Origin: Vitrella brassicaformis CCMP3155
Lineage: Eukaryota; Protista; Chromerida
Reading direction: 5' to 3'
NCBI GenBank assembly: GCA_001179505.1
Contig: CDMY01000130.1
Coordinates: 62,001 to 126,000, forward strand
Length of the DNA stretch: 64,000 nt
Made by a program: the position numbers and the translations under genes. Shown here piece by piece: positions 51,801-63,759 of the stretch (positions within the stretch are counted from its first letter, which is position 1; every line of letters starts with the position of its first letter). The notes below the pieces were generated by a model that had not been told where the DNA came from, ran no database searches, and saw nothing but the letters and a program-made list of their open reading frames with translations.

Positions 51801-53461
51801 AAACAGAGACAGGCATGACGTCATGTATCCAGGATGCCCTTGTGGCGAGGGAGCTTTCGCTGCCAGACTTAGTGGAGGGCGCCTCTCTTTCTCGCGATGT
51901 CTTCGTGGACCGATTGCGCACACACCAGGTGATATCAAGACACGCACACCCACACAGATTGTGTATGAAGGTTTTTTGCAGGTGCGAGTCGACCCAGCTG
52001 CGCTTGTGTCGGTCCTGAGGCTGACGGCCATCGATGCGAGCGGCAAGATGGACACACAGGAGCTGATCCCACGATTCAACCTTCTTCTGCGGGAGCGGGA
52101 AACCACCACGGCAGGTACGTGTACGGCCATTGACACACACGCACACTGACAAACAGACAAGCAGACGTGCGGGTGGGCGTGTGCAGAGAAGGAGAAGAAG
52201 AGGCCATTACAGCTGGCCCTCCCTGATCGCATGTGTCCCGTTGCATTGACGGAGAGCCAGCAACACGCGTTGAAGGGCATACTGGCCAGACGAGACAAGC
52301 AGCAGGTAGGCTTTATATTAACGTACTTCCGCATTTGGACGTGAAGATGCGTGTACGGCGTGCAGACGGGCTATGTACCATTTGACACGCTCGTGATGGC
52401 ATTGTATGACGTCGGCGTGGACCTCCCGCCCTGGCGGCAGGATCAGGTATCCGCTTAAGCATATATGAATCCATACATGTCTCCCCTCGTATGCATGTGT
52501 TTTCGGTCTCTCAGTTGAGGCGTTGGCTGGTTGAGTGCGGGGAGGGGCAGGAGCCGCATGGACACGTCTGCTATCTACCCCTGCTGACCCCTGCCGCGCA
52601 AAAGACAGAAACTATCAGCAAGACCGCACTCACTGCCGGACAGGCGCTTCGCTTCACTGCGTCGGACATTGTGCTTTCCGGCCGTGCACGAGCATCATAC
52701 ACCGCTTTCCGGCTCGAGTGCGAATTTGCCAATCACATCCTCTCATCGCCGCTGATCCCTGCACCCAAGTAAGTAATGTCCATCCATATTTGTATTCGGC
52801 TTAACCTATCTATGTATCTGCAGGCGGAACTTCACCTTGTTTGCCTCGTCTCGGCTTCGAGCCGACTGGAGTGCCGATTTTCCTCTGGCTGGCAAAGACG
52901 CCGTCGACACGGCCGATCTTCGTGAGGTGTTTATCCACTGCCGTCAGTCTATCATCTTCACCGTGTATGGCCTTCCGTATACCCACGAGAATCTGAGCAG
53001 CAGCGGGGCGGTCACACCAACACAGCAGCAGGCACTCACCCCCACAGCCGGGGAGAGGCCAGCGACACCGCCGTCTGCCCGAGGCGGCTTGAGCGAGATG
53101 GGATTTGGGTGGGGGATTGGCGAGGGCAAGAAGGTACTTATCCATGGACACATCCCGACATGAGTATCAATGTGTGTACGTATGATATGTGTATCTGTCG
53201 TGGCCGCCGCAGCTTGGCTCTGTGGCGCTGCGCGGGGAGACATTCAAGAGACGAGGGGCCTTGAGGGATGTCAGCAAGAGGGAGCTCGTCCTCTACTGGC
53301 CGGAAGGTGCATGCACTACTTGTACACTGGGGGGAGACACCACACACACCACGGGTATTTGCTTTGCGATGGCAGGTTCGACGCAAGATACAGCAGCTCT
53401 ACGCGTGTCGTTGATCGTCTCATCGCAGAACGTCAGACGTCTGGAGAAAGCGATCAGATAG
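39887..53461 (+). CDS. RPGRIP1L: RPGRIP1L/NPHP8/MKS5-like ciliary transition-zone scaffold: coiled coil + C2 + C2 + about 20 EF-hand-like motifs + C-terminal C2 (many short exons)
   Basis: N-terminal coiled coil (VRDENNALKRHQAQLNEQIRAL). C2 motifs CILVEFYDYD, LGRCQVPLGDIL, SYVYFELP, LHCFVFDD and VPLAALL. Repeated DxDxxG loops from ~45100 to ~52050 (DIDRSGRLSQHEF, DKDGSGNIDRDEF, DEDGSGRLERAEF, DKDHDGEIDFREF, DTDGDGRIDTND, DKDTSGAVDADEF, DTDKDGYISLRDL). Terminal C2-like SIIFTVYG...LGSVAL...LRVSL. Could be more than one gene. Confidence 0.75.
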
Positions 53462-53969
53462 AAACCCTCTCCGCGTTTGGAGACACCACATTGTCTTCAT
53501 GTTCACGTAGCTCTGTCAATACGCGTTGTTTCAAAGCTCGAATCGAGACACATGGAGGGTGAATGATTGAAACGTTACGTGGAGCCCGGCGATACATAGT
53601 AGAGGCGAGCTTGTATGCTCATGGTCTGTACGAGGCTCCCCAGCAAGAGGTTGCTGCACGCGAGCCTCGAGAGGCGCAGGAAACGCGTCGTCCCATTGAA
53701 GTGGCTTCAATCTTCGTGTTCAGCTTAGAAGAAATGGAGAGAACAAGCTGGGAAGACGCTGAAAAAACGCGTTGAAGGAAAAACTTTCGTCTCCTAGAGA
53801 TTTTCTGCATCTGTGTCCATCTGGGATACCTGTACGCTAAGCGTCGAACATCCGGACTGCGGTGTTTGACGCGGCGCGCGTCTCTAACCCAATCCACACA
53901 AAGAGGTTGGACCGGAAACGCCGCTGTGAAGAAGGCGCTCGTCTCAGTTTCAGTCTCCACAATCGAACG

Positions 53970-55101
53970 ATGGTGACACAACGGCAAAAGGTCGGGAAGT
54001 GACCTGGCAGACGTGTGTGTGTGTGTGTGTGTGTTGATGTCTGTGCAGGGGGACGATTTGAAGTTTGTTGACTCTGAAATGGGTGGTGTGCCGTCCACTG
54101 CACCGTCGTCAGTCGCTCCTACAGGGCGCGGCCCTGTTGGGCAGGCCGATATGGCCGAATCAACCAGCTCATCGATGGGCTTCCTCAAGACGGCCAAGCA
54201 TCCCGTCGTGTGTTGCTTCCATCTGGGATTCAAACTGGCGGCTTTGATTACGTAGGTGGCAGGACAGACAAGGACGGGGAAGAGACTCACCCTGACTGTC
54301 GGTGGGTGATGGGCGTGTGTGTGTGCTGGCAGGTTTATTTTTTCTGGGATCATCTTCAGTAATTTCATCGTCAACTTTGTGGTGACGACTGTCTTCCTCG
54401 CATTCGACTTCTGGACCGTCAAGAACGTCACAGGGAGGTATGTATGCACGTAGACGGCACCGGATACACAGTGCGTGCCAGGCAGATGGCGTCGGTCTCT
54501 CTGTGCCAGGCTGTTGGTGGGCATGCGGTGGTGGAACGACATCAAGGAAGACGGGACGAGCGAATGGATATTCGAGTCACTCACGGTGAGAGCATGCCTT
54601 GTCGAACGGGCGAGGGGATGGCTGGCCACTCCTCTGTGTCTTGTTGTCTTGGTGGGGCGGTGCGTCTGGTTGTATGTAGGACGAGCGTCAGATCAATTCG
54701 ACCGACAAGAATGTGTTTTGGGCAGGTCTGTGGCTGTGGCCTGTCGCATGGGTCGTCTTCCTGTTCGTCGAAATATTCAGACTGCAATTCACATATGTGA
54801 GGCAGACAGCCAGGCGGCAGCGCCGCACGCCGATTGATGGATGCATCGCTGATCTCCTGTGTGCCTGTTCAGCTGCCGATCCCCATTATGGGTCTCATTC
54901 TGGCGGGTTCAAACACAATCGGATACTGGAAATGCAGCAAAGGTGTGTTCACGCGGCCACGCAGACGATCTGCACAGACCATGTGTACACAATGCGTGTG
55001 ATGTGATGTGATGTGATGTCGCTGGGACAGATGCGAAAGACAAGGTGCGCCAGTGGGCTCAGCACAACGCGGTGCGGGCGGTCGTGGGCTCAGTCATCTA
55101 G
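53970..55101 (+). CDS. TVP23: Golgi apparatus membrane protein TVP23/FAM18 (DUF846)
   Basis: [30 protein letters not shown]|LLVGMRWWN...EWIFES and FW.GL...W...NTIGYWKC are diagnostic. Confidence 0.95.
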
Positions 55102-55945
55102 CTGGTCAAGATTGGGGTCCGTGCAAAGTGTTGATAGATGAACCGAGTACATACACACGCGACGGCAGATAATTAAGAAGATATGTGGAAGCGACAGGAG
55201 AGAGAGGGGGAGGTTTTTGCGTCACCTACCTTGTGTGCATTTCTCTCTTCGTTCGTGCCCTTCTCTTCGGTCATCCCTAGCACTGACTGTCAGACCATTG
55301 GTCTTGCCGCATGCTGCGTGATTTAATTAACACCTAGTCTGTTTGTTGGCAACGTTCGCCGATCAGTTACCAATGTGCCCCATTGACCCACACAGCAAGC
55401 AGCTCAGCTCAGCTCACGCCGGCGAATTGTCTGCCACGGAACCACGCACCAACCTTGGTCCATAAATAGTGACTGTCAACACGGAAAAAGATCACCAGTG
55501 TCCTCTTGTCACACGGAAAAAGACACATCACATGCACACATGTCTTCGGCCACAGCGACTGATGGCTCAAAAGGTGAGCATGCGCACAAGGAGGAAACAG
55601 AAAGGCAGGAAATAGCTTACACTTCACCCGTTTCTTTGCGATACACTGGGCCCTCTCTACCAACGACCCTTTTCATCAACAACACATCAACAAAACCCTC
55701 TCTCTCTTCTCTCTTCTCTTGCGCTCCCTCCTTTGCTGTTGCTCAGACACTACTGTTGCGCCATATGTGCTACATCGATATCCTCACACTGCCCACTATA
55801 CACCCAACGGACACCGAGAAAAATGCGGCGCCGCGATCGACGAGTCAAATTAGTGACTCGTCGAGCACACGAGCGCCCCGCTGCAGCCATTCGTCCCCAT
55901 CCGAGCAACACAAGAGGCATGAACGTCACATAGGATCACGTTTCT

Positions 55946-56969
55946 CTATCCGATCGCGAGTTCGTTAGGTTTGTCGCACTCAGCCAAATCGTAGATCTCG
56001 GTGTCCACAAGGTCGTTCCAATCGGTAATGGGCTCCATGTCCCTCTCACGCACCAGCACCTTGTTGTTCTCCTACACGCACACGCACACTCAGACAGTGA
56101 TACCACAGCTGAGCTTCTGTCTGTCTGTCTTTCTTTCTGTCTGTCTGTCTGTCTGTGTTGTCAGGTCCTCTCACCTCCCAAAGCTTGAACGTTTGTGGCG
56201 TCACTCGCCTTGAGACGACATCCTCATCTCGACCAGTGCGGCCGGCACGCATGTAGATCACCTTGCGAGGGGCCCGCTCTGACACGTAAGCAGACACAGA
56301 TGACTGCTGTGCCTCCCCCTGGGTGCGCGTCCTTTCTGCCTCACCTCTGACAACGATGCTGCATGTGAGCGGCGAGGAGGGGTCCGTCTGCACCGTGATG
56401 CTCTCGTGTGGCATCAGGGTCTTGCCGCTCATCGTGAACACAAAGTCACGCGGGCTGTACTGATTCAGGTGGGGCTTGAATTCTTGTTTGATGTCCCCTA
56501 TCATCAGATAGAGGGAACTCCGCCTCTTGACATAAGCAGGGCCCAGTGTCCTCTCGTCGGGGAGGATGACGAGCACGCAGGCATCAGTGAGAGCCACAGG
56601 GCGCATCTCGCCCATGCTGAGAGCTTGCGCCTGATGCCGACATACACGGTGGCAAAGACAGTAGGTCGGAAAGTGCCTAAGTGCAGTTGTGCTGCTGTGC
56701 TGACTGACCTGAAGGGCTGTAGGTGCGTGGCTGTCAAGGTCACCATCAGCAAGAGACCAGAGAAGAAAGTGCCGATAGGCTGAATCAGATGCTGATGCCC
56801 TCCTGAGAGCAGAATGGCCATCTCGTGATGCGGCATCGGATAGGTGTGCGGGAGCAGGCATCCACAGCAGCGGCTCCCTCCGCCGCATCGAGAGAGCAGG
56901 GACGGGCAAAAGGAGAGGAATGACAAACCATAAGCCAGAGATCACCATGATCCTCGAATTTGTCGGCAT
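55946..56969 (-). CDS. Hypothetical protein with a signal peptide and possible beta-grasp (ubiquitin-like) domain(s)
   Basis: Signal MVISGLWFVIPLLLPVPALS. Spliced exons CVLVILPDERTLGPAYVKRRSSLYLMIGDIKQEF...FVFTMSGKTL and KVIYMR...|ENNKVLVRERDMEPITDWNDLVDTEIYDL...AIG*. Confidence 0.55.
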
Positions 56970-57542
56970 CAGGGATGTTCAGAAATAGCAACGCCGTGAA
57001 ACTCATCTGGTGGGATGTATGCCATGTTCGTACTTTGGATGTACGCACAGCTCAGTGTCGACCCCTTCACTATCCGTGTGGGGCGACACTGACCGAGTTG
57101 CCGACAGCCGGCCACACCACATGTACACACACAATGACACGCACCAAACACAGAGGACGACCGAATTCCCACAAGCGACAAATATGCCTGCCTACTAGAC
57201 GTGTGCACCGTCTGTCTACTTTGTCTCCTTCGTCTCCTTCCAGCGGTCCATCTGTACAGCCACCTACGCGAGCCCTCTTGCAAAGACACACCAACACGTT
57301 CACACATGCATATGTGGATACCAACGATCGTGGGAAAGGAACAAAAAGAAAAAGGAACGACAACGAATGAGACAAAGCGATTGCGTGCACAGGACGGGTG
57401 GTCCCCGGCCCTCTCATGTTAGCGCTATACATACATACACAGAACTAACTTTTACGTAGATGTTTGTCTCGTCTGTCTCTCTGTCCGCCCCACATCTGCT
57501 GTGTTTTCGGGCGGACAAATTGCCAGTCTGTCTGTCTCTCTC

Positions 57543-57571
<29 letters not shown>

Positions 57572-57576
<5 letters not shown>

Positions 57577-60500
57577 GATCCACTCCATTGTCTTGAGCAG
57601 AAAGGAAGGCCACCGGCGTGTCCCTTTCACTGCGTCCTTCATGCGATGGCTTTTTGGATGGGAACTTATGGATGCCGTCATGGTCGTACACCCGCACCTC
57701 GAAGATCAGAGCCTCGTGCGCCCCATTGGTTGCCAAGACCATGATGCGGACGGCCTTGACGCCCTCTCCCTTTGGGTCGACCTTAGCAAGGGCATGGCGG
57801 ACGTCGTGCACCCTCTTGCGCTGGTAGTTGTCCCGTATCTCGGCCACTGTGTGCCACTCGTCCAGTGTGTGGCTGGGAGAGTCACCATCAGTACCAGCAA
57901 GCAGCACCTGGAGGTTGTAGTGACTGACGGTCTCTGGCTGTGGCTCGCCCCAGACCATCTTCTCCCATCGGCCTTTGTGCAGCGATAAGGTGAGCTCCCG
58001 GTGCATGCCTGTGTCAAAGACCAGCTCAATCTGCACACACGTGAGAGAGACGAGACACATCGACCGACCAATGAGTCCGTCTGCTGTAATTGATGCATAG
58101 AAACCAACGTAGTACCAGTGAGAGGTTGCGTATTGGCTGGTCCCACTCGAGCACCAGCCATGCCGGCACACTCTTGGAGATCCATCGGTTGACGCCATCG
58201 AGGCGCTGCCCCGGAGCCGCACCCAAGTAGCCATGCACTGCACGATTCTGGCCAGAAATCACCTGCATGGCATGAGTGGCCGACGCACATAGGATATGCA
58301 CACATTCACACATTCACATCTCCAGACATCCAATCGAACGAACAAGGCCGGCACGTGAGACTTTCGCTTTACCTCTTTGGCGATTCCGCTGGCATTCTCT
58401 GACGACGCGTAGATGTGTGCACGGCGGGCGTAGTCCTGCGCACACAAACAATAGGGAGGGCAGCAGCAATGCATATGCATGTCTGTGTGTATTGGGTACT
58501 CACCCTGGGGTCTTCATTGTACATTCCTATGATGTACTGGTCGTCACGCAGCAGCTGCTGCTGAATGCTCCACACAGCATCTGCAGGGACGGAAACCACG
58601 AATGGTGAAAGGCCACGCAAATGAATGCACATGTCTCAATGTCTGACCTTTGTCGTCTGCAAGCTGGTGGGGCTGCACGTCATGTAGAGCGCAGTAAGCA
58701 GCAGCAGTGCCCGTGGCCTGGCCCATCGCAGCGCAGGTCTTCATCACACGCTGGCTGCCAAACACCACATGCGAGAACGACGCAAGCCTCCCGGCAAACA
58801 TCAAATTGGTCGCATTCAGAGCCACTAGAGATCGCAGAGGAGTGCTGCATACATACATACACACACACACGAGCGCACACACACGCAGCCATGCGCGATG
58901 AGACGCAGGAAACACCACACACAAGTGAGCGAATGCATGGGCTGTACAGGCAGGTGACCTACCTGTAAATATAAGGGAGGCGATGCCCTACAAACGCGGG
59001 GACGGACGTATCGAGAACACCCTTGACGGCGTGTAGGTCAATATTCCATCCACCATGGGACACACGGTCCCAGAAAAGGGCAGGGGGACGGGACTTGTCC
59101 ACATCTGATGAAAGCAGGTATGTATCAGTCCACCCGTCAACGTCTCCCTGTCTCGCCACTTACCTGGCAGGATGTCGTGCTGCGTCATGACGTATTGGCC
59201 TTGGAAGAGGCGACCTGAGAGCAAACAGGCGGACAGATCGACACTCGTACATGTGTCGCGCCCACGTATGTATGTCGCCAGCGTACCTTGCCGTTTGCAT
59301 GGCCACCACTCGAGCCACTCGATGGCCAGGTTGTCGGCCTCAGGGTAGTTGCCGCTGTTTTTGATGTAGTCCCACACGCCCATGACGACCTCCATGAGTT
59401 TGTCCCTTATCTCCTCATTCTCGTGGATGGTGTGGAACGGCCACGCCACCTCGATCCACCAGTAGCCGTACTCCAGGTCGTTGATTCCCCTGTAACGGAA
59501 ATCCTCCTTGGTGTACCGAATCGCCCTGCATGACATGAGGCACACCACACATGAAGCAAAGCGAGATGCCAGAGTAAGTGCACCACGTGTCTGTCGTATT
59601 CGGCTGACCATGATGGAGGGGTGAAGGGCATCTTGTGTGGGTGCTCCCTGGCGACGAAGGCCAGGCTGCTGCCCATGGTCTCCCCGTCCTCCTTGGGCAG
59701 CGCAAGGGACTCATTATACTGGTGCGACGACTCACGACCTGCAAACAAACAAGAAGGCACATGCATTCGAGACGTGAGCGACTTATTCCCATTCTTTCTC
59801 ACCGATAATGTGCGGCACTTCCGCCTCGGCGCCCAATCTCCCATCGCCCGTCGCATCGATGAAGACCTTGCCCTTGATCAAATAGCGAATCTGAGAAAGG
59901 CAAGGATCGTGCCATTTTGGACGACAAGCACTTTTCCGAACGTATGCACCTGAGTTTCCTGGTTCTCTGCAATGATCTCTGTCACGGTCTTTGCCGGCGT
60001 CTTTGTGGCGCCGACTACCCAGGTGTTGAGCTGAGAAGAAACAGACAGGCAAGAAGAGCGCCGGTTCCGTATCTATAGATGTGCAGCAGCTTTTGTCGCA
60101 CACGTACCAGCAGCTGACAGTTGGGCCCACTGGTCCGGAAGTAGTCGTAGAGGAAGAGGTCATGCATGCTGTGGCTTCGCTGGCCGTTCTTGACGGCATT
60201 CATGAGCGTGTATTCCTCAACAATCCCGCCCTCCCGTGTTTCTGTCGCCCTGTGTCTGCCGCGGACACCTGATCGATCAGCCACACCGTTTCAATGCAAT
60301 GCGTGTGTAGACCAGCGACCCTGTCAACGTGTGTGTCTTTGGTCTGTGGGGGGTACGTACCGTGAAGGTCAGCACCGACCATGTGCAGCTTGGACTCAGA
60401 CGACGCATTCCCGCCAAGCACACCCCTGATCACCGCACCCACCGCGGTCACTTGCTCGCTCACAAACACGACGTTGCCTGGCCTGCCCCGTACGGTACCT

Positions 60501-60863
60501 GCTCTGAACGAGGATGGTCTTGGCGCCGCTCCTGCAAGAGGCCAGCGCGGCATTCGTTCCGGCGCTGCCTCCACCCGCCACCACCACTTCAGCCTCCAAG
60601 TACTTTGTCACCAAACCGCCACCGACGGGCTCATCTGCACCCACAGCCAAGGATTGTGACAGCCCGGCTGACGTTGATTGAGTCATCCGTGTTTCTTTCT
60701 TACTGTTTCTTGGCTTGTCGTCTGGCTCCAGTGTGAGTAGATTTTCCGCTTCGGCAGCTGACCTGGCTCCCTCCTCCTGTTCGGCGACTTCCGCCCTTGC
60801 CATCGTCAAACATGACGCCAGAAACGCGGCTGCGATCCATCCACACAAGAAACGAGGCCTCAT
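57572..60863 (-). CDS. Secreted bacterial-type FAD-dependent oxidoreductase (FAD_oxidored/PF12831-like) with a C-terminal discoidin/F5-8-like domain, about 14 exons
   Basis: Signal [34 protein letters not shown] (Rossmann), [49 protein letters not shown], and C-terminal FDTGMHREL...PQPETV...NYQR...ATNG...IFEVRVY. Confidence 0.88.
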
Positions 60864-61094
60864 GACAGCGAGAACTAAGAAGGCTTAGATCAGGTTGTGT
60901 GTTTCGACGCACGGCTCGCAAGTCAAAAACTCGCGCTAACGGCAGGGCACCTCGTACGTAAACTTGCCGTGCACCGGTGGTGATGCGGTGCACACTCCGG
61001 TAATGCTGCTCTCCGTAGTCTTGTCGTTTCCTTGTCTTGCCCTTATCCCGCTTCATCGTTGACGGCGACTGTCCGCCGCACCTCCATTGACTCG

Positions 61095-63759
61095 ATGAGG
61101 GTCCCTCTCGTTGCTTGCGGCATGCTGCTCGCCCTGGCAACGACTGCCGAAGCATCACCTAACAGAGGTGGGGTAGGGTCCCACGAAAGCATCTGCCGTC
61201 ATGTGCATGACCTGACTCACCCACGTTTTGTGTCTTTGTTTGGTGTGTTGGTTGGTCGTGTGCTGCTGTGCTGCCTCCAGAGGAGGCAGAGGAAAGGGAC
61301 AGGTGCTGCGTCGACTGCCAGCTGTTCGACCTGCAGTGCTGGGCCTGCCATATCTTGGACATCTTCGATCGGACCTGCAGCGGGGATGAGTGGGCTACTG
61401 AGGGGAGCTTGGACGAGGCGGCCTTCATGGCGGCATCGGCCGAAGCTGATGTCCACGCTTTGGCCACTCAATCCGTCCTCTCGGTCATGGACTCGCCTTC
61501 CATCCCGGACTGGTCAGCCTATGTCGTGACGCTGTCTGTGGATAAGTCGGGCCGTCTGCGGTATGCTGTGGATTCACGCGACCCTTCTGCTCCGGTCATG
61601 CTGCCTTCAGCTCTCGGCATCTCGGTGGACGGCCATGATCTGGGCGTTGATGTGGAGCTGGTCGACAAGGAGGAGCGGCCAGTGGAGGAGAGCTATGTGA
61701 CACGTGGCAAGCACAACTTGGCTGAGGCCAAGTACAACGATGTCTCGTTCACGTTTCGCCATCGTCCGTCGGATCGTCTCTGGCACCTCGACTTCCGCCT
61801 CTTCCCTGACGGGCTTGCCTTCCGCTACTCTCTGCCCGCCACAGATGCGGCAAGTCAATCGACGGTCAATGGTGAGGCGTCGCATTTCTCCTTCCGCTTC
61901 ATGGACGACGACGACGCGCCCACCGACGACCACCACCACGCTTGGTTTTTCCAACGTGACAGACTCAGCAACTATGAGCTGAGGACATATGCTGGCGTCT
62001 TTCAGAGTGCCCCTGCCAGCTCCCTTGCCTCTCGACCGAAGGGCAACGGCCCGCCGAACAGATATGGTGCCCCGCTGCTGTTCCACGATGTCTCAGAGGC
62101 TGGCGCTTTCCCCTATCGGCTGCTGACGGAAGCTGCTCTGTACGAGTACCCAGGGATGCGCTTTCTCGCCCTTCCAGACGGCAGGACATTCGCCGCCGAC
62201 CTGGCCGACGAAGAAGTCACTCTATCGCTGCCCTTCAAAAGTCCGTGGCGCGTCATCTTGCTTGCCCGCACGCTCGACGACCTGATCAACAACAACGTCA
62301 TCACGTCGCTGAACCCGCCCCCCGACCCCGCCCTTTTCCCCTCTCCCCCGCTCTACGCGAGGCCCGGCCGCTCCGTGTGGCGGTGGTGGCGCCACGGGAC
62401 AGGCACGCCAGTCCAGGAGATTCAGTACATTGACAAAGCGGCTGAGCTCGGCTTCGAGTATACGACCATCGACGAAGGCTGGGCTGACTGGCCGGACAAG
62501 TGGGCAACGATGGAGGATATGTGCGAATATGGGCGGGAGAAGGGCGTCGGGGTCGTGCTGTGGAAGGACTGTGCTGAGGTGGAGAACCCGGAGAATGACT
62601 ACAATGACCTTCGGAAGTTCCTCGACAATGTCAAGGCCACGGGAGCAGTGGGCGTCAAGTTCGACTTCTTCAACAGGTAGGGAAGATCGCACATCTAGGA
62701 CAATGCCTATTGATGATCGCGAGAGTGATCATTTCTGTGTTCCGTTTTGCAGTGAGAGCATTTTTCGAGTCCGTCTGCAAACGAAAATCCTCACAGAGGC
62801 CGCAAAGCGGTGAGTAAAAACAAGCATGAGGGATCAGGGCTGTGAACGTGATTGTGCCATGATGCAGGCAGCTCTTCATCAATTTCCATGGCATACAGGT
62901 GACGACAGGCACAAGAGAATACGCCAAGCTGCACAGTAGAATACTTGTTTTGTCTTCTGTATCCGTAATTCTCAGAAGCCCACTGGCGAATGGAGGAGCT
63001 TTCCCAACGAGCTGACGCGGGAGGCCGTGTGGGGCTTAGAGATCAACAAGATGTCGGACAACTACCCACCGATCGAGCCATCGCACAATGCCGCGCTGCC
63101 ATGGGCGAGATTCGTGCTGGGTGCGGCCGACTACACACCGCTCGCACTCGCCAAAAATCGGCGAGGGCCCACCACAGTGGTGAGGGAGAGAGAAAGAAAT
63201 GGGCCACCAAGGCAGGCGCTGGGACGATGCATGTGCTTTGGTCTGTGCGTTGCCTTTCCTTCTGTCTGTCTGTCTGTCTGTCTGTCTTCAGGTGCATCAG
63301 GTTGCCCTGCTGGTGTTGTTTGACTCGCCCCTTCAAACAATCGCCGAGGACCCTTTCTACATCCTCGACCCCAACAAGCCACACGCGGCCGCACTGGACG
63401 TCATCAAGGCCATCCCCACCACATGGCAGCGCACACGCGCCGTGGCCCCCAGCAGCATCGGCCGCCTGGCCGTCATGGCACGCAAAACCAACGAAGGAGA
63501 CGTCTGGTTTTTGGCGGCCATCAACGGCCTCAGCGAGACGCAGACCGACATAGAGATTCCGGTGGACTTCCTGGACAGTGACAAGGTGTACGATATGGTG
63601 ATGGTCTACACTGTCGAGACAGGGGGGGTGGGGGAGGGGCAATCGGTGATGCGGGAAGAGCGCAGGTGGGACGTTGGGCAGCGGGGGGCACTCAAGGGTG
63701 TGCGGTTACTGGCGGGGGATGGGATCGTTGTCATGTGGAGTCCTGTTGGTGGCAGCTGA
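61095..63759 (+). CDS. Secreted glycoside hydrolase family 97 (alpha-glycosidase, retaining-type motif)
   Basis: Signal MRVPLVACGMLLALATTAEA. GH97_N motifs FRLFPDGLAFRY and KSPWRVIL; barrel motifs RPGRSVWRWW, YIDKAAELGFEYTTIDEGW, GVKFDFF, INFHG, PNELTREAVWGLE and FVLGAADYTP; C-terminal IPTTW...AR...WFLAAING. Confidence 0.93.

Noticed and set aside
56969-57307. Upstream ORF whose TGA overlaps the ATG at 56969 (TGATG)
   Set aside because: The ORF has no coding hallmarks and such overlaps arise by chance at this GC content. There is no evidence for reinitiation.
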